Below, piece by piece: positions 1-9,257 of a DNA stretch of 63,557 nucleotides (its first letter is position 1; every line of letters starts with the position of its first letter). The notes under the pieces are model-generated. The model saw only the letters and a list, made by a program, of their open reading frames with translations, ran no database searches and had not been told where the DNA came from. The stretch is taken from NCBI GenBank assembly GCA_003243955.1, contig QHCE01000055.1, forward strand, positions 1-63,557, written 5' to 3'. The DNA is from Acidimicrobiales bacterium. GTDB lineage: Bacteria; Actinomycetota; Actinomycetes; Mycobacteriales; QHCE01. A program made the translations under genes and the position numbers.

Positions 1-481
1 TTACACCCCCTGAAGGCAAGAGCTCTTGTCGCGCGGCAAGTAACTCGAGTAACCGCTCTGTAAGCTCTTCGTGGGATTCCTCACCTAATGCCCGGGTAAC
101 GAGTTCCCGGGCGTAGTTCGGAGTTCGCAACAACTCAGGTAAGCCTGACGAATTGAATGAAAGAACGCTCGCAGCGGCATGAGTTAGCTCGTAGCTTCTC
201 AAAGCTGGTAGCGAGACGACGTCTTTGTAGCTCTGCAAACGACCCACTATCGCTGCCTGTTCCCGCAACGTAAGCAATGGGGCTTGTTGCTTTTCGTCTA
301 CACCGTAGTAGCGCATGAGGGCTATAAGATTGGGTATTGTGATAACTACTTTTTCAGTTTCGTATTTATCCAGCGAAGATTTCGAAAGGTTCATACCGAC
401 AGCGGCTTCCCCTATGGTCTCGGCTCTAGCTTCTCGGAGACGCCGAAGCTCCGCCGCAACCTGCGGCGCGCCAGAGCCGGA
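1..481 (-). CDS. XRE-family HTH + DUF5753 regulator, partial (runs off left edge; probable 5' frameshift)
   Basis: Not in ORF track (no stop in window). Manual minus-strand translation: QVAAELRRLREARAETIGEAAVGMNLSKSSLDKYE...LMRYYGV...LPELLRTPNYARE; the expected upstream PALARRRL lies in another frame near 460. Confidence 0.7.
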
Positions 482-709
482 TCAAGGGGTGGGACCTGAA
501 TGCCCCTTTCCTCAAGGGTGGCTTTTCGCTCGGGAATACTTCCTCATTCCTAAGGCAGAAGGTGTGAGATTGGAGTATATGAAAGATGCCAGTGCTACAA
601 GTCTCTTTTTTCGGATTTAGTCGAAATTCGTGGTTGTTGATAAGGCGCCCTGGTACTTACCTCTTAGAGAGCGTTTGAACTGGATTCACTAGTGGCTGTT
701 GCGGCGAGT

Positions 710-784
710 GCACGCCCGTTAAGGGCACCAGATCCTAAGTCTGGCGCGTCTGCCATTTCGCCACTCGGACCGCGCATGCAGCAT
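710..784 (-). repeat. 75-bp copy of tRNA-Leu 5' part plus 14 bp upstream (matches 3071-3145); lacks most of the T-arm and the 3' acceptor strand
   Basis: Direct comparison gcacgcccgttaagggc...ggaccgcgcatgcagcat in both places. Confidence 0.9.
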
Positions 785-885
785 CATCTGGCCGCAATAC
801 ACGCGCTGATTTACTGAACGTTCCCTGGGGCTTAGCAGCACTCATTGCCGCAAAAACAGCTCAGATAACGAGGAATTATCTGTGG

Positions 886-1044
886 TTGTAAAAATCGTAG
901 CCTGCTCGTTACCCTGAGTGAGTGCGGCGGCTTGTCGTCCGGCAACGTGAACTGCGACACTATTAATCGCACGTCCCGGTGGGCGGCTCGTTGAGTGGAC
1001 TGTTCTCGGGGGTGACGGTGCCGGCTCCGGGTCGCCACCGGGCG
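886..1044. repeat. ~158-bp direct repeat, copy 1 (copy 2 at 3209-3367)
   Basis: ttgtaaaa(a)tcgtagcctgctcg...gggtcgccaccggg present twice with a few substitutions/indels. Confidence 0.9.
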
Positions 1045-1366
1045 ATGTTGGTTCCCAGGTGCTCGCGTTGATCACCGCCGTCTTTTCGGGGTGACGATCG
1101 GCGTCGGCGTGGTGGCCGGTCAGGTGCTGGGTGGCGAGCTGTTCGATGTTAATCTACTCGGCCTCGGCTGGCGAGTAGTCTTTCTGGTGAACGTGCCAAT
1201 CGGAATCGTCACCCTTGCTCTCGCTCAGCATCTGCTGCCCGAGAGCCGGGCGTCGGTTCGTCCAGGGCTGGACCCGGTGGATGTGATCGATGTGTCCGGC
1301 AGCCTAGCGCTCGCACTTGTCCCGCTTGTGCTGGGGCGAACCCGGGGTTGGGGCGCCTGGACCTAG
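1045..1366 (+). pseudogene. DHA2-type MFS transporter fragment
   Basis: Fragments MLVPQVLALITA and GVVAGQVLGG..LGWRVVFLVNVPIG in different frames; only ~100 codons remain. Confidence 0.7.
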
Positions 1367-1483
1367 ATGTGCCTTGCTGCCGCGGTGCCGGTGCCGGTGC
1401 CGGTGCCGGTGATGGTGTTGGCACTGCTATGGGAACGAGCGCTGGCAAGACGGGTGGCCAGCCGCTGCTAAGAAGGGCCGACC

Positions 1484-2989
1484 ATGTCACGCGAAGATGG
1501 GGTACTGCCGGCGGGGGAACACTTTTTCAATGCTGATCTGGATAATGTCCTCGCCCGTCCGGCAGCAGGCGAGGCGGAGCAGCGGGCGCTGGAGCTATTC
1601 CAGTCCGTGGTGGCGACGGTACCGGCCTACCGGACATTCCTCTCTGAACACAATGTCGACCCGGCGACGGTGCGGACAGTCGACGACTTCACAACCTTGC
1701 CGCTACTTACTAAAGATAATTACCTGCGCCGAAATGCACTCACCGAACTGTGCCGCAACGGCCGGCTGACGACCTGCGACATGATCGCGGTGTCTTCTGG
1801 CTCGACCGGCGAGCCCACCTTTTGGCCGCGGTCGGTGGCCGACGAGTTGGCCGTAGCCATCCGGTTCGAGCAGGTCTTTCACGACAGCTTTCGTGCCGAC
1901 GAGCGCACGACGCTGGCCGTGGTGTGTTTCGCGCTGGGAACCTGGGTCGGTGGGATGCACAGCGCGAGCTGCTGCCGGCACCTGGCGGCGAAAGGATACC
2001 CAATCACGGTAATTACCCCGGGCAACAATGTGGAGGAGATCCTGCGGGTCGTCACCGCGCTGGGTCCGCAGTTCGATCAGGTGGTGTTGCTCGGATATCC
2101 GCCGTTCCTCAAAGGGGTCATCGACACCGGTTTGGGCCGCGACATACCGTGGCGGGAATACCGCGTCAAGCTGGTGCTGGCCGGGGAAGTGTTCAGCGAG
2201 GAGTGGCGAACGCTGGTAGGCGAGCGTTTGGGCGGCGGCGAGCCGTGCTTTAGCTCCGCGTCGCTGTATGGCACGGCCGATGCGGGAGTGTTGGCCAACG
2301 AGACCCCGTTGTCGGTTTGCATCCGCCGTTACCTAGCGGCGCACCCGGCCGCCACGCGGGAACTGTTCGGCGAATCGCGGCTGCCGACGCTGGCCCAGTA
2401 CGACCCGTGCGACCGGCTGTTCGAGATGCACGAAGGCACGCTGCTATTCACCGGTGACAACGGGATCCCGCTGATCCGGTACCACATCGCCGATATCGGT
2501 GGAGTCACCTCATTTGAGGCAATGCTGACCTTTTTGGCCGACCATGGCTTCAACCCGATAACCGAGCTCTGCCAGGCTCATCCGGATGACCAGCGAGGCA
2601 TCCGCGAGCTACCATTCGTGCACGTATTCGGGCGCTCACAGTTTACGGTGTCCTATTTCGGCGCGAACATTTATCCGGAGAATATTACCGTCGGCTTGGA
2701 GCAACTACCAATTGCGGCGTGGGTCACTGGCAAGTTTGTGATGGTATCCAGAGAGGACAGCGACCGTAACCGCTACTTGGGCATCGCGGTCGAACTGGTG
2801 CCGGGCGTGGTCGGCACCGAGGAAATGCAGTCCACGATCGCACAGGAGATTGCCCGCCAGCTGCGGCGCCTCAACAGCGAGTTTGCCCACTACACCCCGC
2901 CGGAGCACCAGATTCCGCAAGTGAGCCTGCACCCAACCGGTGACCCCGAATACTTCCCCCGCGGCGTCAAACACAGATACTCTCGCTAA
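1484..2989 (+). CDS. Phenylacetate-CoA ligase (PaaK)-family adenylate-forming enzyme
   Basis: 501 aa; SSGSTGEP P-loop, YGTAD, PLIRYHIAD, GR..FTVSYFGANIYPE motifs. Confidence 0.85.
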   Translation: MSREDGVLPAGEHFFNADLDNVLARPAAGEAEQRALELFQSVVATVPAYRTFLSEHNVDPATVRTVDDFTTLPLLTKDNYLRRNALTELCRNGRLTTCDMIAVSSGSTGEPTFWPRSVADELAVAIRFEQVFHDSFRADERTTLAVVCFALGTWVGGMHSASCCRHLAAKGYPITVITPGNNVEEILRVVTALGPQFDQVVLLGYPPFLKGVIDTGLGRDIPWREYRVKLVLAGEVFSEEWRTLVGERLGGGEPCFSSASLYGTADAGVLANETPLSVCIRRYLAAHPAATRELFGESRLPTLAQYDPCDRLFEMHEGTLLFTGDNGIPLIRYHIADIGGVTSFEAMLTFLADHGFNPITELCQAHPDDQRGIRELPFVHVFGRSQFTVSYFGANIYPENITVGLEQLPIAAWVTGKFVMVSREDSDRNRYLGIAVELVPGVVGTEEMQSTIAQEIARQLRRLNSEFAHYTPPEHQIPQVSLHPTGDPEYFPRGVKHRYSR

Positions 2990-3047
2990 GCCTGCCTAGA
3001 TGCACCGCTTGGCTTTGACTGTAACAAATTGTGGCGCGTTACATCGG

Positions 3048-3131
3048 TGTCCGAGGCGGGAGTTGAACCCGCACGCCCGTTAAGGGCACCAGATCCTAAG
3101 TCTGGCGCGTCTGCCATTTCGCCACTCGGAC
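3048..3131 (-). tRNA. tRNA-Leu (anticodon TAG)
   Basis: Reverse complement folds as cloverleaf: acceptor GTCCGAG/CTCGGAC, anticodon arm CCAGA-CTTAGGA-TCTGG, long variable arm, GGTTCAACTCC T-loop; CCA not encoded. Confidence 0.95.
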
Positions 3132-3208
3132 CGCGCATGCAGCATAACCGAAGCCGCTGGGTCGACTGAACGCGTACCGCGATATTGGTATGAGCCAGCA
3201 TGTAACGA

Positions 3209-3367
3209 TTGTAAAATCGTAGCCTGCTCGTTATCCTGAGTGAGTGCGGCGGCTTGTCGTCCGGCAACGTGAACTGCGACACTATTAATTGCACGTCCCG
3301 GTGGGCGGCTCGTTGAGTGGACTGTTCTCGGGGGTGACGGTGCCGGCTCCGGGTCGCCACCGGGGCG
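3209..3367. repeat. ~158-bp direct repeat, copy 2
   Basis: Near-identical to 886-1044. Confidence 0.9.
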
Positions 3368-3378
3368 TGTTGCAACCC

Positions 3379-3440
3379 GGCGTTTTCCCGGAAAATGTCA
3401 TCAAGACCGGTCGTGTACCGACGGTTTCAGGGAAAACGCC
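3379..3440. repeat. Paired 21-bp palindrome doublet A
   Basis: ggcgttttc-ccg-gaaaatgtc (3379-3399) + 20 bp + gacggtttc-agg-gaaaacgcc (3420-3440). Confidence 0.85.
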
Positions 3441-4600
3441 GTAAGCCACGCTGCCACCGCCACTCCAACACCCAGCGCGAGCGTGGTCGCGGTGCACCAC
3501 CTAGCCAGCTCACTCGACCACGGCACCGCAACGTGACCTTGGGAGAACACGGCCGCGTCGGTAAGTGCCCCCAGCACCGCCAGGCACACGGCGGAAAGCC
3601 CCGCTGTAAACGGTGCTGATGGATGATTGCGCAGCGCCAATACAGCGGCTGCTACGGCGGCGAGTGCGGCCAATGTGCCGTATGTTTCGGTAGTCAATAG
3701 CTGCGTGAGCACACCGAGACCTGTTACGCCGGCATCCAGCGCCCGACCAACGCTGTCGGTCAGTTCCGCGGCTGTGGCCAGAATGAGTAGACCACCCAGA
3801 GCGATGTTGGCTGCACGGGTACCGCGAGTGATTCTGCGCATCCCTGCCATCAGTACCACTATTGCGCAGACCACACCGAACATCCCCGCCCACCACCAGG
3901 AAGTCTGCGGGGGTGGTAGATAGTCCAACGTTCCGCGCAGCTCGACCGCAGCCGAGCTCACCTGGGTCGTGGACAAAAACGTGGCGCGATCGCGCTGTCC
4001 GCCCTCGATTCGCAGCGCGATCTTCCATACGCGGATTCGATGCTGGTGGTCGGAGGACTGGCGCACTACCGGCGGCTGTTGCGTGCTCATCCAATGGGTG
4101 CGGTGATCATGCCATCGAATAGTTGAAGTATCGCTGAGTTTGCGCCAGTGCGGCGCTGCGGCAGGACTAACACTCATATTATCGGGCTGCTGCGACACAC
4201 CCAGATCGCCGTTGATATACACCGAGGCGGATGCGGTGTTAGCGTACGTGCTCTTTGGTGTGATACGCAGGTATGGCTCGCCTCCGTAACCGAGCACTTC
4301 AATGGTGCGACCAGTGTGGTTCCTCAGTTGAAGTCGGGTGCCGTTCTGCACCACTGCCACAGACAAGCCGGTCACAGCAGGCGCTATCTCAGTCAGCCGG
4401 GTCACATAATCACTGGCGGCAGGTGAACTTTCCGCGTGCGCCTGCGCGGCCGAGGCCGGAGCGAGCACAGTTGTGAGCGCGCACAGTAGAGCTATAACGA
4501 ACCTAGCGGCGCAGAACTTAGCGGTGCAGAACCTAGCGGCGCCCACTTTAACTACCCTGCGCAGCCTGCCTCGGCGCGGCTGCGCAGGGTAGGCAATCAT
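3401..4600 (-). CDS. Exported/membrane hypothetical protein (signal peptide, soluble domain, ~5 C-terminal TM helices)
   Basis: 399 aa; AQA-H cleavage-like site, WHDHRTHWM motif, hydrophobic C-terminus; last gene of doxX-dsbA operon. Confidence 0.75.
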   Translation of the reverse strand: MIAYPAQPRRGRLRRVVKVGAARFCTAKFCAARFVIALLCALTTVLAPASAAQAHAESSPAASDYVTRLTEIAPAVTGLSVAVVQNGTRLQLRNHTGRTIEVLGYGGEPYLRITPKSTYANTASASVYINGDLGVSQQPDNMSVSPAAAPHWRKLSDTSTIRWHDHRTHWMSTQQPPVVRQSSDHQHRIRVWKIALRIEGGQRDRATFLSTTQVSSAAVELRGTLDYLPPPQTSWWWAGMFGVVCAIVVLMAGMRRITRGTRAANIALGGLLILATAAELTDSVGRALDAGVTGLGVLTQLLTTETYGTLAALAAVAAAVLALRNHPSAPFTAGLSAVCLAVLGALTDAAVFSQGHVAVPWSSELARWCTATTLALGVGVAVAAWLTAFSLKPSVHDRS

Positions 4601-4618
4601 GAAGGTCGCCGCCTACGG

Positions 4619-5494
4619 CTACTTCGCCGCATCGTGCGTCGGCGCAGCGCTGCTTCCTGAATTTGCGGCAGCGTCGGCGATGGCATGTTTAAGTTGTTCG
4701 ATGAAATCTTCCATGCTGCTCCTGGGCTTTGGGAGGAGCTGTTTACCGTTCACCGCCACGGTTGGCGTGCCGGTGACACCGGCTTTGTCCGAGGCATTGG
4801 TTAGACCGAGCGCCCAGTCCTGATACGTGCTCTTGCGCACGCAGGTCGCGAATTCTGGCGAGTCCAGTCCTGAGAGCTTTCCCACCTTGACAAGGTCATC
4901 GCGAGTGAGTCTGCCGTTCTGCTTGAACACCTCAGTGGTAAAACGTGGGAGCGCATCCTTGTCGCTGGCGCAGCCCGCCGCCGCCGCCGCCCACACTGAG
5001 TAGCCGTTGAGGATACTGATCGGGTGATAGGTCAGCTTCACTGAACCTGACTGCACCTGCTGAGCGAAATAGTTCCCGACGGCGCGTTCAAAATCTCGAC
5101 AGTGCGGACATTCAAAGTCCACGTAGAGATCCACTTTAGCCGGCGCGTTGTCCTGGCCAATGGTGACTCCCTCACGGGTAGCGCCGTGGGGAATCGCATA
5201 GTGCGTCGCTGGTCTAGCGGTACGGTCCGGTAGATCCGAGGGCTGCAGCGTGCGGTACACCACCCACCCCACGACCGCGGCAATGAGCAAAATGCCAGCC
5301 CCAAGCAACGACCGGTAGGTCACCGATCGACGACGTTGTGTCGATCGATGTGCCGCGATTCGCTGCTGATCCACCATGCGCGGTTCGCGGGAGCGCCGCG
5401 GAGTCTGCTTGGGGGGCGCACTGCCCGCGGAGCTCTGCTTGCCGCCCGCGCCGCTCGATGTGTGAGGCTTCTTTTTCTTGTCTCGCTGACTCAT
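4619..5494 (-). CDS. Membrane-anchored DsbA-family thioredoxin-fold protein
   Basis: DFECPHC active site, GVTGTPTV cis-Pro loop, one N-terminal TM. Confidence 0.9.
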   Translation of the reverse strand: MSQRDKKKKPHTSSGAGGKQSSAGSAPPKQTPRRSREPRMVDQQRIAAHRSTQRRRSVTYRSLLGAGILLIAAVVGWVVYRTLQPSDLPDRTARPATHYAIPHGATREGVTIGQDNAPAKVDLYVDFECPHCRDFERAVGNYFAQQVQSGSVKLTYHPISILNGYSVWAAAAAGCASDKDALPRFTTEVFKQNGRLTRDDLVKVGKLSGLDSPEFATCVRKSTYQDWALGLTNASDKAGVTGTPTVAVNGKQLLPKPRSSMEDFIEQLKHAIADAAANSGSSAAPTHDAAK

Positions 5495-6081
5495 TCACTC
5501 ATCCTCTGTGTGCTGGTGTTGGCTGCGGCCACGCGGGTGGTGGATGCAGCATTGTCGTTGGATGCAGAATTGCTTTCAGATGCGGCTCGGTTGTCCAGGC
5601 TGAACCGGCTAGCCGGCCAGATCGCCAGTAGCGCCGCGATCAGCAGCAGTGCGCTGTCCCGGACAATTTCGCGCAAGTACTGGGTGGACTGTTCAGCGGT
5701 GAGGTCTCCGCCGCCGCCAAAGCATCCGCAGTCGATTCGCAGGCCACGCGCCGCCGCTGAAATGATCCCGATCAGGAAAGCCACCTGCAAGACGGCCGAA
5801 ACCGCCGCCCCGAAACGCGTGGCGAACCCGATCAGCAGCGTTACCCCCAACGCTATCTCCACCATGGGGAGCGCGGCGCCTACCACTGGCTCGATCGTGT
5901 TGGGCAGCAGCCGGAATGCCCGAACTGCCGCCACAGAGCTTTCCAGATCACTGACTTTGCTCGCACCGGCCCAAATCCAGAAACCGGCCAGGACGAGCCG
6001 GGCTATCAGGGATAGCCACGGTTGGTAGCAACCTCTAAGCCGGTTGGAGCGACTTTGCGCCGCGAGAGCAGTTCTCATCAC
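5491..6081 (-). CDS. MauE/DoxX-family redox membrane protein
   Basis: LPMVEIALG and RGLRIDCGCFG motifs; 4-bp overlap with dsbA-like gene. Confidence 0.88.
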   Translation of the reverse strand: MMRTALAAQSRSNRLRGCYQPWLSLIARLVLAGFWIWAGASKVSDLESSVAAVRAFRLLPNTIEPVVGAALPMVEIALGVTLLIGFATRFGAAVSAVLQVAFLIGIISAAARGLRIDCGCFGGGGDLTAEQSTQYLREIVRDSALLLIAALLAIWPASRFSLDNRAASESNSASNDNAASTTRVAAANTSTQRMSE

Positions 6082-6086
6082 GCTTA

Positions 6087-6115
6087 TAGTCGCGGCCGGC
6101 GTAGCAAAAGTTCCC
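6087..6115 (-). promoter_or_regulatory. SigC-type ECF promoter GGGAAC-N17-CGACTA (probably leaderless doxX transcript)
   Basis: Minus strand gggaac-ttttgctacgccggccg-cgacta, 5 nt before GTG at 6081; same motif at 6827. Confidence 0.75.
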
Positions 6116-6123
6116 GGCCGATC

Positions 6124-6185
6124 GACGTTTTCGCCGAAAACGACGGAAGTGACGGCCTGATCGCGGCATTTTCCCTGAAAACGCC
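6124..6185. repeat. Paired 21-bp palindrome doublet B
   Basis: gacgttttc-gcc-gaaaacgac (6124-6144) + 20 bp + ggcattttc-cct-gaaaacgcc (6165-6185). Confidence 0.85.
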
Positions 6186-6189
6186 GCGA

Positions 6190-6774
6190 TTACACATGGG
6201 CGGCATGTCGCAGCGCGGCGATCAGGTCTTCTCGGGCGCGAGCTACCCGAGATCTGATGGTGCCTATGGGCACTTGTTCGATCTGCGCGACTTCGGCGTA
6301 GCTGCATCCTAGTACCGCGGTGAGCACGAAAGCGGTGCGTCGTTCATCGGTGAGCTCGCCCAGGATGTCAGCGGTGCTTGCGTGTCCTGCCGGATCGGGT
6401 TCGGTGGCTGGGCGAACCTTGCGCAGCAGCGAGTCGAGCATGCGGCGTCGCTGGACGCCCCGTAGATGATCTGCGCAGGTGCGTCGCGCAATGCCGAGCA
6501 GCCAGGTGCGTGCACTGGATCGGGCCAGGAAGCTGGGAAGGGCGCGAAATGCCCGCAGGTAGACCTCTTGGGTGAGGTCGTCTGCGTCATTGGACGAGCA
6601 CAGCGCGGCACAGTTACGCCACACATCGCTTTGAGAAAGCCGGACAAACGCTGCCTGGGCGATAACGTCACCGTCTTGAGCCCGTAGTGCCCACTCGGTG
6701 AGTTCGTCTCGAGGCTGTTCGTGCACGTTCGCTGAGCCACCGAAGTCAGAGCCACTGAAGCCACCGCGGATCAC
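6190..6774 (-). CDS. ECF sigma factor, SigC-like
   Basis: ADDLTQEVYLRAF, ARTWLLGIARR, SYAEVAQIEQVPIGTIRSRVARAR; copper-gene context. Start may be GTG near 6726. Confidence 0.9.
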   Translation of the reverse strand: MIRGGFSGSDFGGSANVHEQPRDELTEWALRAQDGDVIAQAAFVRLSQSDVWRNCAALCSSNDADDLTQEVYLRAFRALPSFLARSSARTWLLGIARRTCADHLRGVQRRRMLDSLLRKVRPATEPDPAGHASTADILGELTDERRTAFVLTAVLGCSYAEVAQIEQVPIGTIRSRVARAREDLIAALRHAAHV

Positions 6775-6826
6775 CCGGCCGAGCGTAGCGACCGAACGCA
6801 GCCGCCCTGAACTGGAGGTGCCAGTC

Positions 6827-6855
6827 GGGAACTTTCTCTACCCCGGTTTCGACTA
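6827..6855 (+). promoter_or_regulatory. SigC-type ECF promoter GGGAAC-N17-CGACTA (probably leaderless)
   Basis: gggaac-tttctctaccccggttt-cgacta, 7 nt before ATG 6863. Confidence 0.75.
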
Positions 6856-6862
6856 ATCGGTC

Positions 6863-7510
6863 ATGAACACTGAACTGGCATGTGCCGACGTGCGTGCGGC
6901 GGTGTCGGCGTTGTTAGACGGGGAAGAACCAGGCGTACTTGACCGGCAACTTGTTGGCCACCTTCATGAGTGTGCGCAGTGTGAGCGTTGGCGCTCTCTC
7001 GCATTGCAAGCCAGCGCCGCCGCGCGACAGACCGTACCGCTGGCCCCTGACTCACAGCAGCTGACAGCGCGGGTACTCACGGCGGTGGCTGGCGATCCCG
7101 ATGCGGCACAGCGCCGTCAGGCGCAGCGCGTTAAGCGCCGTGCGCTGCGGGTGGCGCTGGCCGCAACCGCGCTGGGTCAATTGCTGCTCGCTTTGCCGTT
7201 GTTGGGCACTACCGTGGGGCCAGCCGCGCGACTGAGCTGGGAGACAGGTTCGCTGAACATCGCAATTGCGGTGGGTTTTGGATACGCGGCGCTGCGGCCG
7301 ACATTGGCTGTGGCGCTGTTGCCGATTGCGGTAGTCCTCGCCGTTTTCTTCCTGACCGCCGGTGTGCACGACGTTAGTGCTGATCCAGCCACGATGTCCT
7401 ATCACGCCGGGCATTTGGTCGTGCTGCTGCAGGCTGCTCTGTTGTGGTCATTAGCACGGATTCCGCTGCCGCGGCCGTCCCAGGCGTTTTCCCTGAAAAC
7501 ATCAGCATGA
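6863..7510 (+). CDS. zf-HC2 membrane anti-sigma factor-like protein
   Basis: C..VR...SALLDGE and HLHECAQC (HxxxCxxC), four TM segments. Confidence 0.85.
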   Translation: MNTELACADVRAAVSALLDGEEPGVLDRQLVGHLHECAQCERWRSLALQASAAARQTVPLAPDSQQLTARVLTAVAGDPDAAQRRQAQRVKRRALRVALAATALGQLLLALPLLGTTVGPAARLSWETGSLNIAIAVGFGYAALRPTLAVALLPIAVVLAVFFLTAGVHDVSADPATMSYHAGHLVVLLQAALLWSLARIPLPRPSQAFSLKTSA

Positions 7511-7544
7511 GTCACTTTTTTCCGACGTTTTCGGGGAAAACGTC
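7483..7544. repeat. Paired 21-bp palindrome doublet C
   Basis: ggcgttttc-cct-gaaaacatc (7483-7503) + 20 bp + gacgttttc-ggg-gaaaacgtc (7524-7544); spans the ATGA gene junction. Confidence 0.85.
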
Positions 7545-9219
7545 AAGGTGGTTCGTTGCGATATGCACTGCTGTGCTCAGCGGTCTGTTGGTGTTGCTGT
7601 GGGCCATTCCGGCGCAGGCGCACGCCGTGCTCGTGCAGACCAACCCGGCCGCTGGCAGCATTCTGAGTAGTTCGCCTGAGCGGATCTCCCTGCGGTTTTC
7701 CGAGCGTATATCGCTAGCTAGCAAGCAGGTTACCGTGCTGGCACCCGACGGTGCCGCGGTGCAGCGCGGCCCTGCCCAGCGGATCGACTCCGGACGCGGT
7801 TACAGCCAGCCGCTGCGCGCCAACCTTGATCGCGGCACTTATGTGGTGAGTTACCGGGTGATCTCAGCCGATGGTCATCCAGTGGGCGGCGGGTTCAGCT
7901 TTAGCGTGCTGGAGCCTTCCGCGCCCGCGGCAGCGCCAAACACAAGCGCTCAGGCGCCAGTGCGGCCAGAAGTGCGCGGCGCGGTGTGGGTAGGCCACTT
8001 TGGCGGTTATGCGGGCGCGACGTTGCTGGCGGGTGCTTTCGTGATGGCTCGGGCGCTGTGGCCGCGCCGGCTCAATGTGCGGCTACTCGCCCCTCTGGCC
8101 GTAACCGGATGGGTGCTGATAGTGGTCAGCGCCGTACTGAGCCTGTTTGCTGAGGTGCCTTATGCCTACGGCGGTTCGTTTGCTGAGATCGGGCTAGGCG
8201 AACTCGCGGATGTGCTTGACAGCCAGGTGGGTTTGGCCTACCTCACACGTATCGGTCTGCTTGGGTTGGCCGCCCCACTGCTGTGGTGGTTGCTGATCCG
8301 GCCGGTCCAGCATCCCGCCATCCTAGCTCGCGCCAGCCGGCAGGTCCGGCTGGTTGCTGCCGGTATTTTGCTAGTAGCCGCCTTCACGTGGCCGCTAGCT
8401 GGACATGCCGCGACCGGCGCAGCGTGGCAGCTTGGCGTTGCGGCCGATGCGGTACATGTGGCCGCGGCGGCGATGTGGCTGGGTGGCTTGGTGGTGCTCG
8501 TGGCTGTGCTGCTTAGGCGGGCCTCTCGTGCTGAGCTTGCGGCGATTCTCCCAGCCTGGTCACGGTGGGCTGGATATGCCATAGCGGCCATTGCCACAAC
8601 CGGTGTGGTGCAGGCACTACTGCGGTTACACCAGCCCAGTGATCTGCTCGACGACGGCTACGGCCAACTTGTGCTGATCAAGGGCTGCGGGCTGCTCGCC
8701 ATAATGGCTGTCGCGCTGATCTCCCGGCGCGCGGTTCGTTGCAGATTGGCTGCCGATGGCGCGGCTGGGACCGCTGCGCTGCGCCGCGGCGTTGCCGTGG
8801 AAATCGCACTCGCGGCAGCGGTGTTGGTAGCCGCAACGGTGCTCACGACGACCGCGCCCCCGCAGGGCAACGCCCACGGCTCGACACAGGCTTCATTGCC
8901 GTACAGCACCACTGCCGACAGCGGCGGCCTCAAACTGCAGATTGATGTGGATCCAGCGCGGCAGGGCAACAACTCAGTGCATCTGACTGCTTTCTCGCCC
9001 ACCGGCGCGCCGGTGGAAGTCAAGGAATGGAGTGCGACCGCCGCGCTTGCGAGCAAAAATATCGCTCCGATAAATATTGCGCTGCTGACTATTTCACCTA
9101 GTCACGTAGTGGGAGAAGCTGAACTCCCCTTTGCCGGATTGTGGGAGCTACGGGTCACGTTACGGATATCGGACATCGACCAAATGACTATTGCGCGAAA
9201 GGTTGCCATCGCGCAGTAA
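7507..9219 (+). CDS. CopC-CopD fusion copper resistance/uptake protein
   Basis: AQA-HAVL..TNP start, YRVISADGHPV (CopC), GHA and HVAAAAMWLGGL (CopD); ATGA coupling at 7507. Confidence 0.9.
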   Translation: MSHFFPTFSGKTSRWFVAICTAVLSGLLVLLWAIPAQAHAVLVQTNPAAGSILSSSPERISLRFSERISLASKQVTVLAPDGAAVQRGPAQRIDSGRGYSQPLRANLDRGTYVVSYRVISADGHPVGGGFSFSVLEPSAPAAAPNTSAQAPVRPEVRGAVWVGHFGGYAGATLLAGAFVMARALWPRRLNVRLLAPLAVTGWVLIVVSAVLSLFAEVPYAYGGSFAEIGLGELADVLDSQVGLAYLTRIGLLGLAAPLLWWLLIRPVQHPAILARASRQVRLVAAGILLVAAFTWPLAGHAATGAAWQLGVAADAVHVAAAAMWLGGLVVLVAVLLRRASRAELAAILPAWSRWAGYAIAAIATTGVVQALLRLHQPSDLLDDGYGQLVLIKGCGLLAIMAVALISRRAVRCRLAADGAAGTAALRRGVAVEIALAAAVLVAATVLTTTAPPQGNAHGSTQASLPYSTTADSGGLKLQIDVDPARQGNNSVHLTAFSPTGAPVEVKEWSATAALASKNIAPINIALLTISPSHVVGEAELPFAGLWELRVTLRISDIDQMTIARKVAIAQ

Positions 9220-9257
9220 CGACACCAGTTGTATCTAATTGAAAGGAAGTATTATTT

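Noticed and set aside
284..620. Plus-strand ORFs 284-499 and 315-620
   Set aside because: Antisense shadows of the XRE/DUF5753 gene.
710..770. Second functional tRNA-Leu
   Set aside because: T-loop and 3' acceptor strand are missing.
1383..1411. (cggtgc)n hexamer run as a contingency locus
   Set aside because: Lies in decayed MFS remnant DNA; no evident target.
2986..3375. 129-aa ORF spanning the tRNA, and the many short overlapping ORFs in the track
   Set aside because: Overlap the tRNA or stronger genes; expected spurious frames in GC-rich DNA.
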